Below are positions 20,615 to 30,289 of a stretch of 64,000 nt of DNA, one piece after another. The notes under the pieces were generated by a model that had not been told where the DNA came from, ran no database searches, and saw only the letters and a list, made by a program, of their open reading frames with translations. A program made the position numbers and the translations under genes. Location: NCBI GenBank assembly GCA_043824255.1, contig JBDRTG010000047.1, positions 224,001 through 288,000 of the forward strand. Direction: 5' to 3'. This DNA comes from a bacterium. GTDB lineage: Bacteria; JAHJDO01. Positions within the stretch are counted from its first letter, which is position 1; the number at the start of each line of letters is the position of its first letter.

Positions 20615-21784
20615 TCATTTGTCATTTAAATGGACTTTTATAAGTTCACTTATCTTAATCGCATGTTCCTTCCATGTATTTTTCTTAGCTACTTCCCATG
20701 CTCCTCTTCCCATTTCAAAAGCAGTATCAGGATTATCAATTAAATAATCTATTTTTTTAACATACTTTCCCAAATCTCCTTCTTCAGGGAAATATCCATG
20801 TTCTCCATTAATAAATAAATCAGTAACGCCGGAACCCTTAGGAATTATAAAAGAACATCCGCAGCCAGCAGCTTCAAGACACATCATACCGAATGCCTCA
20901 AAAATCGGATGAACAAGAACCAGAGCTTCAGAAAGAAATTCCTTTTTTGTTTTTTCATCAATTCTACCTGTTATTTCAATTCTATCTAGCAAATTGTATT
21001 CTTTTGCTTTTTTTATAAATTCGTCATACACATGCTGCTGCACCCAGTTGCCAGCTACCACCATCTTTACTTCCTTGTTTTTTAAATACTTCAACACATT
21101 CAGAAGAAAACACGGATTCTTACCGATATCCCATTTGGTTAAAGCCAAAATATATCCTTTTCTCTCCTTTGGCAGCTCTTGTAAAGGATAACATCCCGGT
21201 GGAATTATCTCCAACTCCGTCTTTTCTATATTACCTAATCCTTTAAATTTGTTCTTATGTACATTCGAACCCAATATAACAGAATCTGCCTCTTCAACTA
21301 TTTTCTTATCCAGATATCGAGCTAAAGGCATTAAGAGAAAAAGAAAATTTCCTAGGAATCTTTGCTTATAGACTCTTGGCAGGATATAAGTTATTGGATC
21401 CCACAGGAAAGCGATAAAAGGAATCCCTCTTTTTTTCTTTAATGCAAGCGCGCTAAAACAGTTGTAGGTTTCATGGACAATGACAATATCATATTCATTA
21501 TTTTTGATAACACGCGATGCAGCAATTGGAGCAGTAAGATGGAAGAGTGAGAAAAATGAAAAGAACGGAATCCTAAAAGACTTTTTGAAAATCCAGCTGA
21601 ATTCTCTTGAGAGAAACCTGATTGGAATATCATCTGCAAGATCTTGGTAAGCAAAATTCGTTTCTTTTAGAACAACAAGCTCAGCATCATACCCCAATTT
21701 TCTTAAATACCTGACCTCTTCAAATGCGGCAATAAGCACACCGCCAATCTGCGCTATTCGTCCTATCAAAACTGCTATTTTCAA
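20615..21784 (-). CDS. Glycosyltransferase family 4
   Basis: GG in the N-terminal loop, EAFGMMCLEAAGCG. Confidence 0.9.
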   Translation of the reverse strand: MKIAVLIGRIAQIGGVLIAAFEEVRYLRKLGYDAELVVLKETNFAYQDLADDIPIRFLSREFSWIFKKSFRIPFFSFFSLFHLTAPIAASRVIKNNEYDIVIVHETYNCFSALALKKKRGIPFIAFLWDPITYILPRVYKQRFLGNFLFLLMPLARYLDKKIVEEADSVILGSNVHKNKFKGLGNIEKTELEIIPPGCYPLQELPKERKGYILALTKWDIGKNPCFLLNVLKYLKNKEVKMVVAGNWVQQHVYDEFIKKAKEYNLLDRIEITGRIDEKTKKEFLSEALVLVHPIFEAFGMMCLEAAGCGCSFIIPKGSGVTDLFINGEHGYFPEEGDLGKYVKKIDYLIDNPDTAFEMGRGAWEVAKKNTWKEHAIKISELIKVHLNDK

Positions 21785-21805
21785 TGTTTCAACCTTCCAT
21801 TTTTG

Positions 21806-23212
21806 CTAATGTGAAGCTGGCTTTATTAATTGTTTTGCAATACTAAAAATATTTTTTTCTTTTAAATATTGCCATCTGTATTTCGTTCTTAAGAATCGAT
21901 AGCCGATTTTTAATTTTAAATATTGAAATTTTTTTAAGTATTTAAAGAGTCTTTCCATAGTCATTGTTTCTGATAGGATAATTGGGTTTTTTAATGTATG
22001 AGGTCTTTGGTAATTAATGCTTCCCCAATCAAAATCTTCATTTTCATTAACTAACCCCTTCTTCAGCGCTTCAGTCCATATAGGCGTTCCAGGTAGTGGT
22101 GTTAACAATAAAACATCAAAAAGAGTAATCCCTGACCTTAATATGAATTTATAGGTATCCATAATCTGAGATTCCGTCTCTCTAGGAGAACCAATGATAA
22201 ACGATGAATATGTCAAAATCCTTTTTCCTTTTAGTAAAGAAACTGCTCTATAGTTATCCTCCACAGTTATATTCTTTCCTTTTAAATAATTTAATATCTC
22301 TTGATTTCCACTGTCCAAGCCCATAGAAGCATACTTTACACCCATACGATTTAATAGAGTAACTAATTCTTTATCAACTAAATTCGCTCGAGTTTGAATA
22401 GTAAAACTTAATTTTCCTAAAAGACTATTTTTTTCTAAAGCTTTGATCATAGTCTCAACCCTTTTTTTATTTATTGTGAATAAATCGTCATATAAAATTA
22501 TGTGGTTAGTATTGTTGCTTTTTAACACTTGTTTTATATCATCTAAAACATATTCAGATGAATGATATCCTATTTTTTTTCTTAGAGTTGTTGCAGCACA
22601 ATATGAGCATTTGTAAGGGCATCCTCTACTTGTAAATATGAATGGCCTTAAGTTTGTTCCTATAATTGGAGAACGATCCGGAAGAGGTAGTTTATCCAAA
22701 TTTTCTATCTCATTAGCTGGTGAAGTGAAAAACAACTTATTATCTTTTCTAAAGACTAAGCTTTTAACTTTTTCTAGTTGGCTATAGTTAAATTTAAAAT
22801 TATTCCGACAATAATTTTTAATTAACTCAATAATAATATATTCAGCTTCTCCAATAACTCCTATATCAAAATATTTAGAGAAACTAATAGGCAAAGTCGT
22901 TATATGACACCCTCCAATAACAACAGGTTTATTTTTATTTTTAGCTTTTTCTGCATATCTTCTAGCCATCGTGTAAGAACATGACATAGAAGAAAGCAAT
23001 ACAATATCAGGGTTATAATACTCAAGTTCTTGATAATAATTTTTATAAATAAACCGGCATTCTACTTTTTCTGGAAAGTTCTTTTTTATATTACTTAATA
23101 TATAATATAAGCCAATAGGATAGTCTTCAAGTGTGGTCTCTGGATCATTAACAACATTAACAAATAAAAGTTTTAATAATCGATTTTGCAAACTTTCTCC
23201 TAAATCTAACAA
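21806..23212 (-). CDS. Cobalamin-binding radical SAM protein
   Basis: PIGL, GGCHIT, GEAE, SRGCPYKCSYC, YDDLF, PLPGT; true start may be slightly downstream of 23212. Confidence 0.9.
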   Translation of the reverse strand: MLDLGESLQNRLLKLLFVNVVNDPETTLEDYPIGLYYILSNIKKNFPEKVECRFIYKNYYQELEYYNPDIVLLSSMSCSYTMARRYAEKAKNKNKPVVIGGCHITTLPISFSKYFDIGVIGEAEYIIIELIKNYCRNNFKFNYSQLEKVKSLVFRKDNKLFFTSPANEIENLDKLPLPDRSPIIGTNLRPFIFTSRGCPYKCSYCAATTLRKKIGYHSSEYVLDDIKQVLKSNNTNHIILYDDLFTINKKRVETMIKALEKNSLLGKLSFTIQTRANLVDKELVTLLNRMGVKYASMGLDSGNQEILNYLKGKNITVEDNYRAVSLLKGKRILTYSSFIIGSPRETESQIMDTYKFILRSGITLFDVLLLTPLPGTPIWTEALKKGLVNENEDFDWGSINYQRPHTLKNPIILSETMTMERLFKYLKKFQYLKLKIGYRFLRTKYRWQYLKEKNIFSIAKQLIKPASH

Positions 23213-23236
23213 CGTGGCGGATTTTTACACTTTTAG

Positions 23237-26200
23237 CTAAAAATTGTTGAGATGCTTTCTTTTCTTTCTCAAAAATATTAAAATTATTATCGCAATTAAA
23301 ACAGAAACTCCTGATATCCATAATCTAACAACATGTCCACGTTGAGGCAGAAATTCCAGTTCTACCTTATGTTCCCCTGGAACTATCTTATCAAACAGGA
23401 AACCATTAGAAAAACCATTAATTACAAAATGTTTTTTTGCTATTTCCCCGTCTATTTTTGCCTGCCAGCCCTTGTCAAAGGTTTCATTGAAATATAATAT
23501 CTCCGCAGGAAGATCAGTTGACATCTTTAAAATCCGCTTTGTGGGAGTGCTTTTTAAATATGTAATATTATCAGGAATAATAGCTGATTTCCCATTTTTC
23601 TCTGGGATTTGAGATATACTTATTATTCCACCATCGGGCGAAATAATTTCATGTATTCCTTCTGTAAAATAAATCTCTTCACCTGAAATTGAAATTCCAT
23701 ATTTTCCCCCATCAACTAAAACTTCTTTATTCCCTGCTTCATTTGGGAATAAGCGAATAAGATATTTATTATCATCAGGAATGGAAAAACGCGCTTCAAC
23801 AAGCTTTGACTCTGTTCCAAATGATGTATTGGAGAAATAATATTCACAGGCAATCTTATTCTCAGAAAGCGTATTGGAAATATCTTTCATGATTCTTTCA
23901 TATTGAGATACCTTAACCAGAAGAAATTCGCTGATTACAATTTTTTTGCCGTTTCCTGTTAATTCAACAGGATTACTCCCCTTAGAAAAATTAAACTTTC
24001 CAAGATTAACCCATCTAAATCCATAATGAGAAAGATTTTTAAGTGATACTTCTCTTATTGTATTTGCAAATTTTAATTTAATATCAGCAGCTTCAGGGAA
24101 ACATCCTGCTCTTGCAAAAAGATAATATTCATCCTTGGTTTTTGCCTCGTAGTCGAATTTCAGAGGACTGGTGCTTTTCGTGAGGTAAAAATAAGGGTTC
24201 CTTACTAAAGAGCGGCAAAATGGAGAATTTCCTATTTTTTTAAGATAGTTAAAACCTGAAACATCAAGTAATCCATCATCAAAGAATCTTGAGCAAAGCA
24301 CCCATTCCACTTGATAATTCCCTGTATTTACTTCCGGCATTGAGGTAAGTATTTCTATATTGCCGTCTGATTTAAGCATATTTAAAACAACATCTTTGAA
24401 GGACGAATTGACTAATATTAATTTATCAATTCTAGGTAGTAATAATTTATTTATTTCTACTGAGTTTTGTTCTGGAAATAAAAGAGCTTTAAAATTTCTC
24501 AATTCTCCGAAATTAGAAATAGCAAGAAGTCCCTCATATCCTCCTGATACACAACATAATTCATCTGCAATATTAATATTTTCAAAAGCTGTGCCTGCAT
24601 TATAAAGCGTCAGTTCCCCGAATTTATTCTCTTCTCCTATTCCTTTTTGATGTTTTAAAATCTCTATATATCTTTCGGGTTTTTCCATTGAGCAGATTTT
24701 CTTAAGATCATTCTGGAGCAGAATATGCGATATGCCTGCAAAGTTAAAAACATTTTTCAAATAAGGAGACTCATTTCTTGTCAAGGAATCAAAGAGAAAC
24801 CATATAAAGTGTTTATTCCAATCCTTATTAATGATGTAATAAGATGCAAACGGCTTATTAATCACGCCTCCATCCAGAAGATATCTTGATACATCTATAC
24901 CTCCATACCCCACTTCCCATTCAAGGTCTCTTCCATAACCGGTATCAGGAACAACAAAAATCCTGCTTTTATCAAAATCAGGAGTTTTATTTATGTAATT
25001 TCTCATGTTTATCCAGTATTGAGGCAGTTTACACAGAAATGGCTTAATTGGAGCTTTCATATCGTGATAAAGAAGCTTCCCGTTCCAGAAAGGTTGAGAA
25101 ATAAAAAAGAGACACAGAAAAGAAAGAAAAATAACGGAGATAGAGAATACTTTTTTCTGAGTTACTTTTTTCTCTGACTTAAAATTGATGTAAAGTTTAT
25201 TTGCAGATGCTGCCAGCAAAAAGCTGATTGCGAAATTATATGCAAAAAAGAACTTATCAGGATTTCTATAAATCAGGAATCCATGAAAATATTTAAATAA
25301 AATTCTAAAAATAACTGCGAAAGGAGGACTTGTCCCTTTACCCAGAAAAGAGGTAAGTAAAGCTATTAAGCTAAAGATAATTATGTTTTTGTCTTTTTTG
25401 CATAGAAATAGAGAGGAAAAAGCTACAAACACAAGAAATAAACTACATGCTTTTATTGGCCTTGACATGTAAAATTCGTTTCTGTAAATTCCCTTCAATC
25501 TGTCTTTATCATAGGCAATAGCGCGATGACCTATAAGTCCTTCAGTTGTTTGCCCTTCACTGACATGAAGTTCTCTCAATCCCTTTAATTTTCCCCTGAT
25601 TGGGATTTTTTTTTCTGAGGAAGTCTTACCTGCCGCTATATGCACTGTCTTATATGCAGCTTTATAAAAACTGTAGTATTCAGAATACCAGAAGAGATGT
25701 ATTACTGAGAAAAAAGCCAGAGTCAATATAAACAATATCGTATTTTTCTTAAGGAAAATTAACTTGCTGCTGGTAAATATGAACTTTAAAAAGATATATA
25801 ATCCAATCACCATAATGTAAATACCGACATAGCAAAGATTCATAAAAGTGTATAGGCATATAAATAATATAAGATTGATTAATAACGCTTTTTTAAGTAT
25901 GTTTTTAAAATTTTGTGTTTCTCTTTCTAAAACAGCCAGAATCAGAGGCAGTCCGCAATAGGCAAATATAACCGCAGGAGCCGGCATAGCAAGAGCAATG
26001 TAAGAATTAAAGAGATAAAAAAATGCGCCTGTAATAAAAAACAGAGTTGTTTTTCTTGCCGAAAGATTAACTGTCCATAAATAAATTCCTATTGAAAAGC
26101 ACATCAATATAAATGGAAAAACAAAGAAGCACTTATTTATTAATGACAGTGATAACTCAGTTCCAGATAATACAAGTGTTAAAAGAAGAGCTGGGAATTG

Positions 26201-26425
26201 AATCACATCAGGCAGACCCCTTCCTCCTAAAAAGCACTTGCTATCCCATGAATTTATTATATTTTGTATATTTAAAACAGACTTCATATTAATAAGCCAA
26301 CCCTGATCCCCACCAGCAATAAGCATATTATTTGCATTTCCATACGCTCCATACCATGTCAGAGGAATTAACAAAATTATAAAACCGATTAACAAATATA
26401 TAATATAATGTTTTTTAAAATTCAT
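23237..26425 (-). CDS. Large polytopic membrane protein, probable GT-C glycosyltransferase (AftD/DUF3367- or YfhO-like) with a large extracytoplasmic region
   Basis: N-terminal TM bundle with AGGD and YRNPDKF motifs; C-terminal LYFNETFDKGWQAKIDG..NGFSNGF and a final TM helix. Confidence 0.6.
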   Translation of the reverse strand: MNFKKHYIIYLLIGFIILLIPLTWYGAYGNANNMLIAGGDQGWLINMKSVLNIQNIINSWDSKCFLGGRGLPDVIQFPALLLTLVLSGTELSLSLINKCFFVFPFILMCFSIGIYLWTVNLSARKTTLFFITGAFFYLFNSYIALAMPAPAVIFAYCGLPLILAVLERETQNFKNILKKALLINLILFICLYTFMNLCYVGIYIMVIGLYIFLKFIFTSSKLIFLKKNTILFILTLAFFSVIHLFWYSEYYSFYKAAYKTVHIAAGKTSSEKKIPIRGKLKGLRELHVSEGQTTEGLIGHRAIAYDKDRLKGIYRNEFYMSRPIKACSLFLVFVAFSSLFLCKKDKNIIIFSLIALLTSFLGKGTSPPFAVIFRILFKYFHGFLIYRNPDKFFFAYNFAISFLLAASANKLYINFKSEKKVTQKKVFSISVIFLSFLCLFFISQPFWNGKLLYHDMKAPIKPFLCKLPQYWINMRNYINKTPDFDKSRIFVVPDTGYGRDLEWEVGYGGIDVSRYLLDGGVINKPFASYYIINKDWNKHFIWFLFDSLTRNESPYLKNVFNFAGISHILLQNDLKKICSMEKPERYIEILKHQKGIGEENKFGELTLYNAGTAFENINIADELCCVSGGYEGLLAISNFGELRNFKALLFPEQNSVEINKLLLPRIDKLILVNSSFKDVVLNMLKSDGNIEILTSMPEVNTGNYQVEWVLCSRFFDDGLLDVSGFNYLKKIGNSPFCRSLVRNPYFYLTKSTSPLKFDYEAKTKDEYYLFARAGCFPEAADIKLKFANTIREVSLKNLSHYGFRWVNLGKFNFSKGSNPVELTGNGKKIVISEFLLVKVSQYERIMKDISNTLSENKIACEYYFSNTSFGTESKLVEARFSIPDDNKYLIRLFPNEAGNKEVLVDGGKYGISISGEEIYFTEGIHEIISPDGGIISISQIPEKNGKSAIIPDNITYLKSTPTKRILKMSTDLPAEILYFNETFDKGWQAKIDGEIAKKHFVINGFSNGFLFDKIVPGEHKVELEFLPQRGHVVRLWISGVSVLIAIIILIFLRKKRKHLNNF

Positions 26426-26442
26426 ATGGCATTTTCTTATTT

Positions 26443-27435
26443 CTAATCCTTTTCTATTATTAATGTTACGAATTTAATAATAACACCCAGATATAATGCG
26501 AAATATGCAATATTTGTCAGTTGTTTTAGTATTATCTCTAAATGAATAATCAATAATAATGCACGTACAGTAATAAGAAATATAAATAAAATTATACATT
26601 TATCGCTGAATGGTCTTGGTTTTAACCATTGCCAGAATGCTATCGTCCATGAACGCAGATATGTCAAACAATTATTTAGATGTAGTTTTCCAATATTTTT
26701 CATCATTATTTTCTTATTGTAATTATAAAAAACCATACAACATGCAAGAGCTAATGAAACTGCTTGCAACATCCAAAAATAACAGGATGTTACAAATAAT
26801 CTCAGGCCAAGTGTTGCTAGAATTATATACGCCGACAATAATAGAATGTTAGCAGGCAGAAGTGAAATGAGAATTTTTGAATAAATATGCTCTCCTGCTC
26901 TCCATAACAAAAACAAATATATAAACAGGATAATCAAGACTGAGTATAAATATGTAATAGGACTTTCTCTTAAAGGCAGAATATGCGAATCTTTAAAAAG
27001 AATAAATATCTGATTATTGGTTTCCCCTTTATAATTCTCCAATCTCATCGTTACCCATGTAGAAATATTGGAGGAAAGATATATTTTAAAAGAGTTTTTA
27101 CCAACGTTTAACTTTTCTGGCGGGATTAGAATGTAATCAACAGATTTAGAATGCTTTTTACGAGGAGGCTTTGTTTTCCATGACATTAAAATACTATCAT
27201 TCACTACAATCTTTTTCTTTTTATCTTCGGGTGAAGATATCTTTAAGGAATGTGTCTCTTTATGCAGAATTGGAAAAGACATCTCAATATAGTTTGAATT
27301 TTTTAGCTTAACAGAACGCTTATAACAAAAAAACTCTCTTCTATAAGAGTCTGGAATTACGATGTGGTTATATAAAAAACCTATAATTAAACCTAATAAA
27401 GCAGCAAAAATTATATATTTGATTTTTTGTTTCAA
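26443..27435 (-). CDS. Hypothetical membrane protein; paralogue of 15075..16085
   Basis: Same architecture and shared C-terminal NIAY motif. Confidence 0.65.
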   Translation of the reverse strand: MKQKIKYIIFAALLGLIIGFLYNHIVIPDSYRREFFCYKRSVKLKNSNYIEMSFPILHKETHSLKISSPEDKKKKIVVNDSILMSWKTKPPRKKHSKSVDYILIPPEKLNVGKNSFKIYLSSNISTWVTMRLENYKGETNNQIFILFKDSHILPLRESPITYLYSVLIILFIYLFLLWRAGEHIYSKILISLLPANILLLSAYIILATLGLRLFVTSCYFWMLQAVSLALACCMVFYNYNKKIMMKNIGKLHLNNCLTYLRSWTIAFWQWLKPRPFSDKCIILFIFLITVRALLLIIHLEIILKQLTNIAYFALYLGVIIKFVTLIIEKD

Positions 27436-29226
27436 TTAGTTAATTCTTTCTTCTAATTTTTTTACTTCAGGAGCTTGTTTATCCATTGCTACGAGACCTT
27501 TATCAAACAGAGCAAAGGAGAAACGTCCACACTTATAAATTTTTAATAGTTTAGCCTTCGGATAATAAGAGAGCATCTTTTTGATATTAGGATCGTCTAA
27601 TCTTTTATTCCTATCCATGTTTAAACAAAAATACCTGATATCGTCTCTTTCCAAAATATGGGCAATATCCTTATTGATATTATGTTTTCCACCGTCATGT
27701 TTAAATATAAACTTGTGGCAATTCTCAAAACCTAGGAAGCGATAGGCCAACTCTGTTCCTACAATAGTAGTCGGTTCCAATATCCTTCCTAAATCTCGGG
27801 ATGCCTGAAAACTCATATTCTGTCTTGATAGAAAAAAGTTATCAATATTGTGATAATTACTTATCACTATGGCAAATAAGAAAGAAAAAGAATATAACCT
27901 CACGGCTAATTTTCTTAGGTAGCAATATTTCATGGGATTTCTAATTCTATTAAACAGCAAAGCTAAGCAAATTCCAATAAAGAGTGAGAGAAATAATATC
28001 GTATTTCTACCAGGTAGAGGGAAAATAGTATTGTGAATATTGTGTTGGCTAAACCGCCAAAGCCAGGAGGAAAAAATTAAAAGGAACCCAATGAATAAGA
28101 CTGCTACTGCCTGAGGATGAATGAATCCTTTATTATTACGATTATTCCAAAGCAGAGTAAATGTTTTAACTATAAGATAAACCATAGCAGGAATAATCAA
28201 AACCAATCTTTTTTCGTTAAGACAAAAAAGATTAATGAACAATATTCCAACTATAAGCCAAAGAATACTAAACTTATCTAATTCAGATATCCTTTTACAA
28301 TAATAAAAAATAACCCAAATACTTGTCAGCCCTAATAAGGTAGTATAAGGAAGCGTACCGTTAATTACCATAGGAGTTAGTCGAAAATTACTTTGAATGC
28401 TATTTATTACTGCTCTAAAAGAATTGAGAACCTGAACACTTACATCAGATTGATAAATATCAATTAGTTGAGTATTAGCAAGTATAAGCCATTTAAGGGT
28501 TGGGAAATAGCCAACCTGATGAAAGGGCAACAATGAAACTACCCATATAAGCAAGCCTAAGGCAATCCCAGCAAAAAAGGGGGGAAATATCTTCTTCCTT
28601 TCCCCCTTTTTTCTGAAGATGAAAAAAGAGACTGCTGCAAAAGTGGCCAAGGTAAAAATGGCACCATTTAATTTAGCTACTAGGGTTAAGAATGAGAATA
28701 ATCCTACCCCAAAAAAATATTTATAGTATTTCAATCCTTTCTGGTAAAAAAATAACGTAGCAATGGTTAAAAATAGAAATAGATTCTCACATATAGCAGT
28801 ACGATTCATAGCAGCAATATAGGTTATGGAACTCAGGAACATTGTACCCAAAAAAGAAAAGTAGCGATTAAATTCTTTTTTTAAAACAAGATAATAGAGC
28901 ACAAATCCCAAAATGGATAGCAGGGCATATGGAATGCGCAATGAAAATAATCCCACCCCTAAAGACGAAAAAGACAAATAACTTATGAGATTGCTTAAAG
29001 GGTTGAATGCCATGGGTTGATAATCTCCTCCTGATTCCCAATTATCAAAAAGCACTTTATTCCGGGCATTATAACCAACGCATTTCTCTTCAACATCAAA
29101 GCCAGACCTAAAAGAATCTGAAGTCAAGAATAAGACGCGACTTAAAAGCAAAAGAACAAAGAATACTAGAACTAACCACGAAAATTTATCAAATCTTGTG
29201 GGTAATTTATTTCCTTTCATAATCAA
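27436..29226 (-). CDS. ArnT/PMT-like (GT39/GT83-type, GT-C) membrane glycosyltransferase
   Basis: Acidic first loop (DVEE), LGVGLFSLRIPYAL, RTAICE, many TM helices; ATG at 29220 is the probable start. Confidence 0.75.
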   Translation of the reverse strand: MIMKGNKLPTRFDKFSWLVLVFFVLLLLSRVLFLTSDSFRSGFDVEEKCVGYNARNKVLFDNWESGGDYQPMAFNPLSNLISYLSFSSLGVGLFSLRIPYALLSILGFVLYYLVLKKEFNRYFSFLGTMFLSSITYIAAMNRTAICENLFLFLTIATLFFYQKGLKYYKYFFGVGLFSFLTLVAKLNGAIFTLATFAAVSFFIFRKKGERKKIFPPFFAGIALGLLIWVVSLLPFHQVGYFPTLKWLILANTQLIDIYQSDVSVQVLNSFRAVINSIQSNFRLTPMVINGTLPYTTLLGLTSIWVIFYYCKRISELDKFSILWLIVGILFINLFCLNEKRLVLIIPAMVYLIVKTFTLLWNNRNNKGFIHPQAVAVLFIGFLLIFSSWLWRFSQHNIHNTIFPLPGRNTILFLSLFIGICLALLFNRIRNPMKYCYLRKLAVRLYSFSFLFAIVISNYHNIDNFFLSRQNMSFQASRDLGRILEPTTIVGTELAYRFLGFENCHKFIFKHDGGKHNINKDIAHILERDDIRYFCLNMDRNKRLDDPNIKKMLSYYPKAKLLKIYKCGRFSFALFDKGLVAMDKQAPEVKKLEERIN

Positions 29227-29414
29227 GCCTTTTTAGTACTCTCCTCTTGATTTCCCAAAAATAGCTTTTCATAGCAAAGATTGCCCAATGGTCGCGTTTT
29301 AAAAAGGGCACGGTCAAAAGCCAAATGAGTTTGGTGACCGTGTTTTTTGAGCATGGCAGAGAGAGCCTCTAAGGATATATTCTCCGCACCCGTGGCAATA
29401 AATGTTACTTTCAC
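29223..29414 (-). pseudogene. Internally deleted B12-radical SAM gene (ENIS subfamily)
   Basis: First 38 aa MKVTFIATGAENISLEALSAMLKKHGHQTHLAFDRALF match the starts of 578..2287 and 38049..39566. A shifted frame gives KRDHWAIFAMKSYFWEIKRR, resembling their C-termini. Confidence 0.85.
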
Positions 29415-30289
29415 TTTTTAACCACCCAACTAAAGAGATTGCCCTTTCCTAAGAATAGCTTACGTGTCATCTTTAGAAAAAATGATAGAGGAGACGACCT
29501 TTCCAAGAATGGGCGATGGAAGAAAGTAGAGTATTCTTTAAGTTCCAAAAGTTTATATTTTGGAAAGAAAGATTTAAGTAACTCTTGGGGAATAAACCCC
29601 TTATTCTTGGAGATTGTGATATTTCTCTGTTCTATAGGGGAGTGATAATCGACCAGACTGATTATCTCCTCTTGCGAGAGATCAACAGTAATCAATCCTT
29701 CCTTTTTTAGCTGACGATTAATCTCGGACTGCATATATTCTGTAATCTTCATCCTCCCGCCAATTAACTTGTAGAGAGAGGCAGCTATCCTTACTAAAGG
29801 AGACTTGAAGAAGAGCTTATTCGGCTCATGGGCCATAAGGAATATCCCCTTTTTCTTTAACACCCTGTCTATTTCTTTCAATAATAGTTGATAATTAGGC
29901 AAATGGTGTAGAACAGAGTTCATAGAGACTATATCTACGCTTTCTTTGCTGAAAGGCAGCTGTTCAGCATCTCCCACTAAGAAACTAACATCAGGGACAT
30001 TCCTCAATTTTACTCTTGCCTCCTGGAGCATCTCTCTACTCAGATCGTAGCAGATAATCTTATTGGTGCCCTTAAGATACTGAGACAGGATATTTACCAC
30101 AAAGCCGGTTCCTGTTCCAATATCCAGTAAGGATATGCTTCTCGTTTCAGTGATATACTTCCTGCCAATACTATCCCACCAGAGGGAATCTCCTTTTAAG
30201 ACCTCTGGATGGCGACTATCATATTCCTTCGCTTCCACCTCATAGAATACTCTGTTTATCTCCTTTGCTAAATCATTATCTTTTTTCAT
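29411..30289 (-). CDS. Class I SAM-dependent methyltransferase
   Basis: LLDIGTGTG, YDLS, GDAEQLPF, SVLHH, HEPN. Confidence 0.92.
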   Translation of the reverse strand: MKKDNDLAKEINRVFYEVEAKEYDSRHPEVLKGDSLWWDSIGRKYITETRSISLLDIGTGTGFVVNILSQYLKGTNKIICYDLSREMLQEARVKLRNVPDVSFLVGDAEQLPFSKESVDIVSMNSVLHHLPNYQLLLKEIDRVLKKKGIFLMAHEPNKLFFKSPLVRIAASLYKLIGGRMKITEYMQSEINRQLKKEGLITVDLSQEEIISLVDYHSPIEQRNITISKNKGFIPQELLKSFFPKYKLLELKEYSTFFHRPFLERSSPLSFFLKMTRKLFLGKGNLFSWVVKK

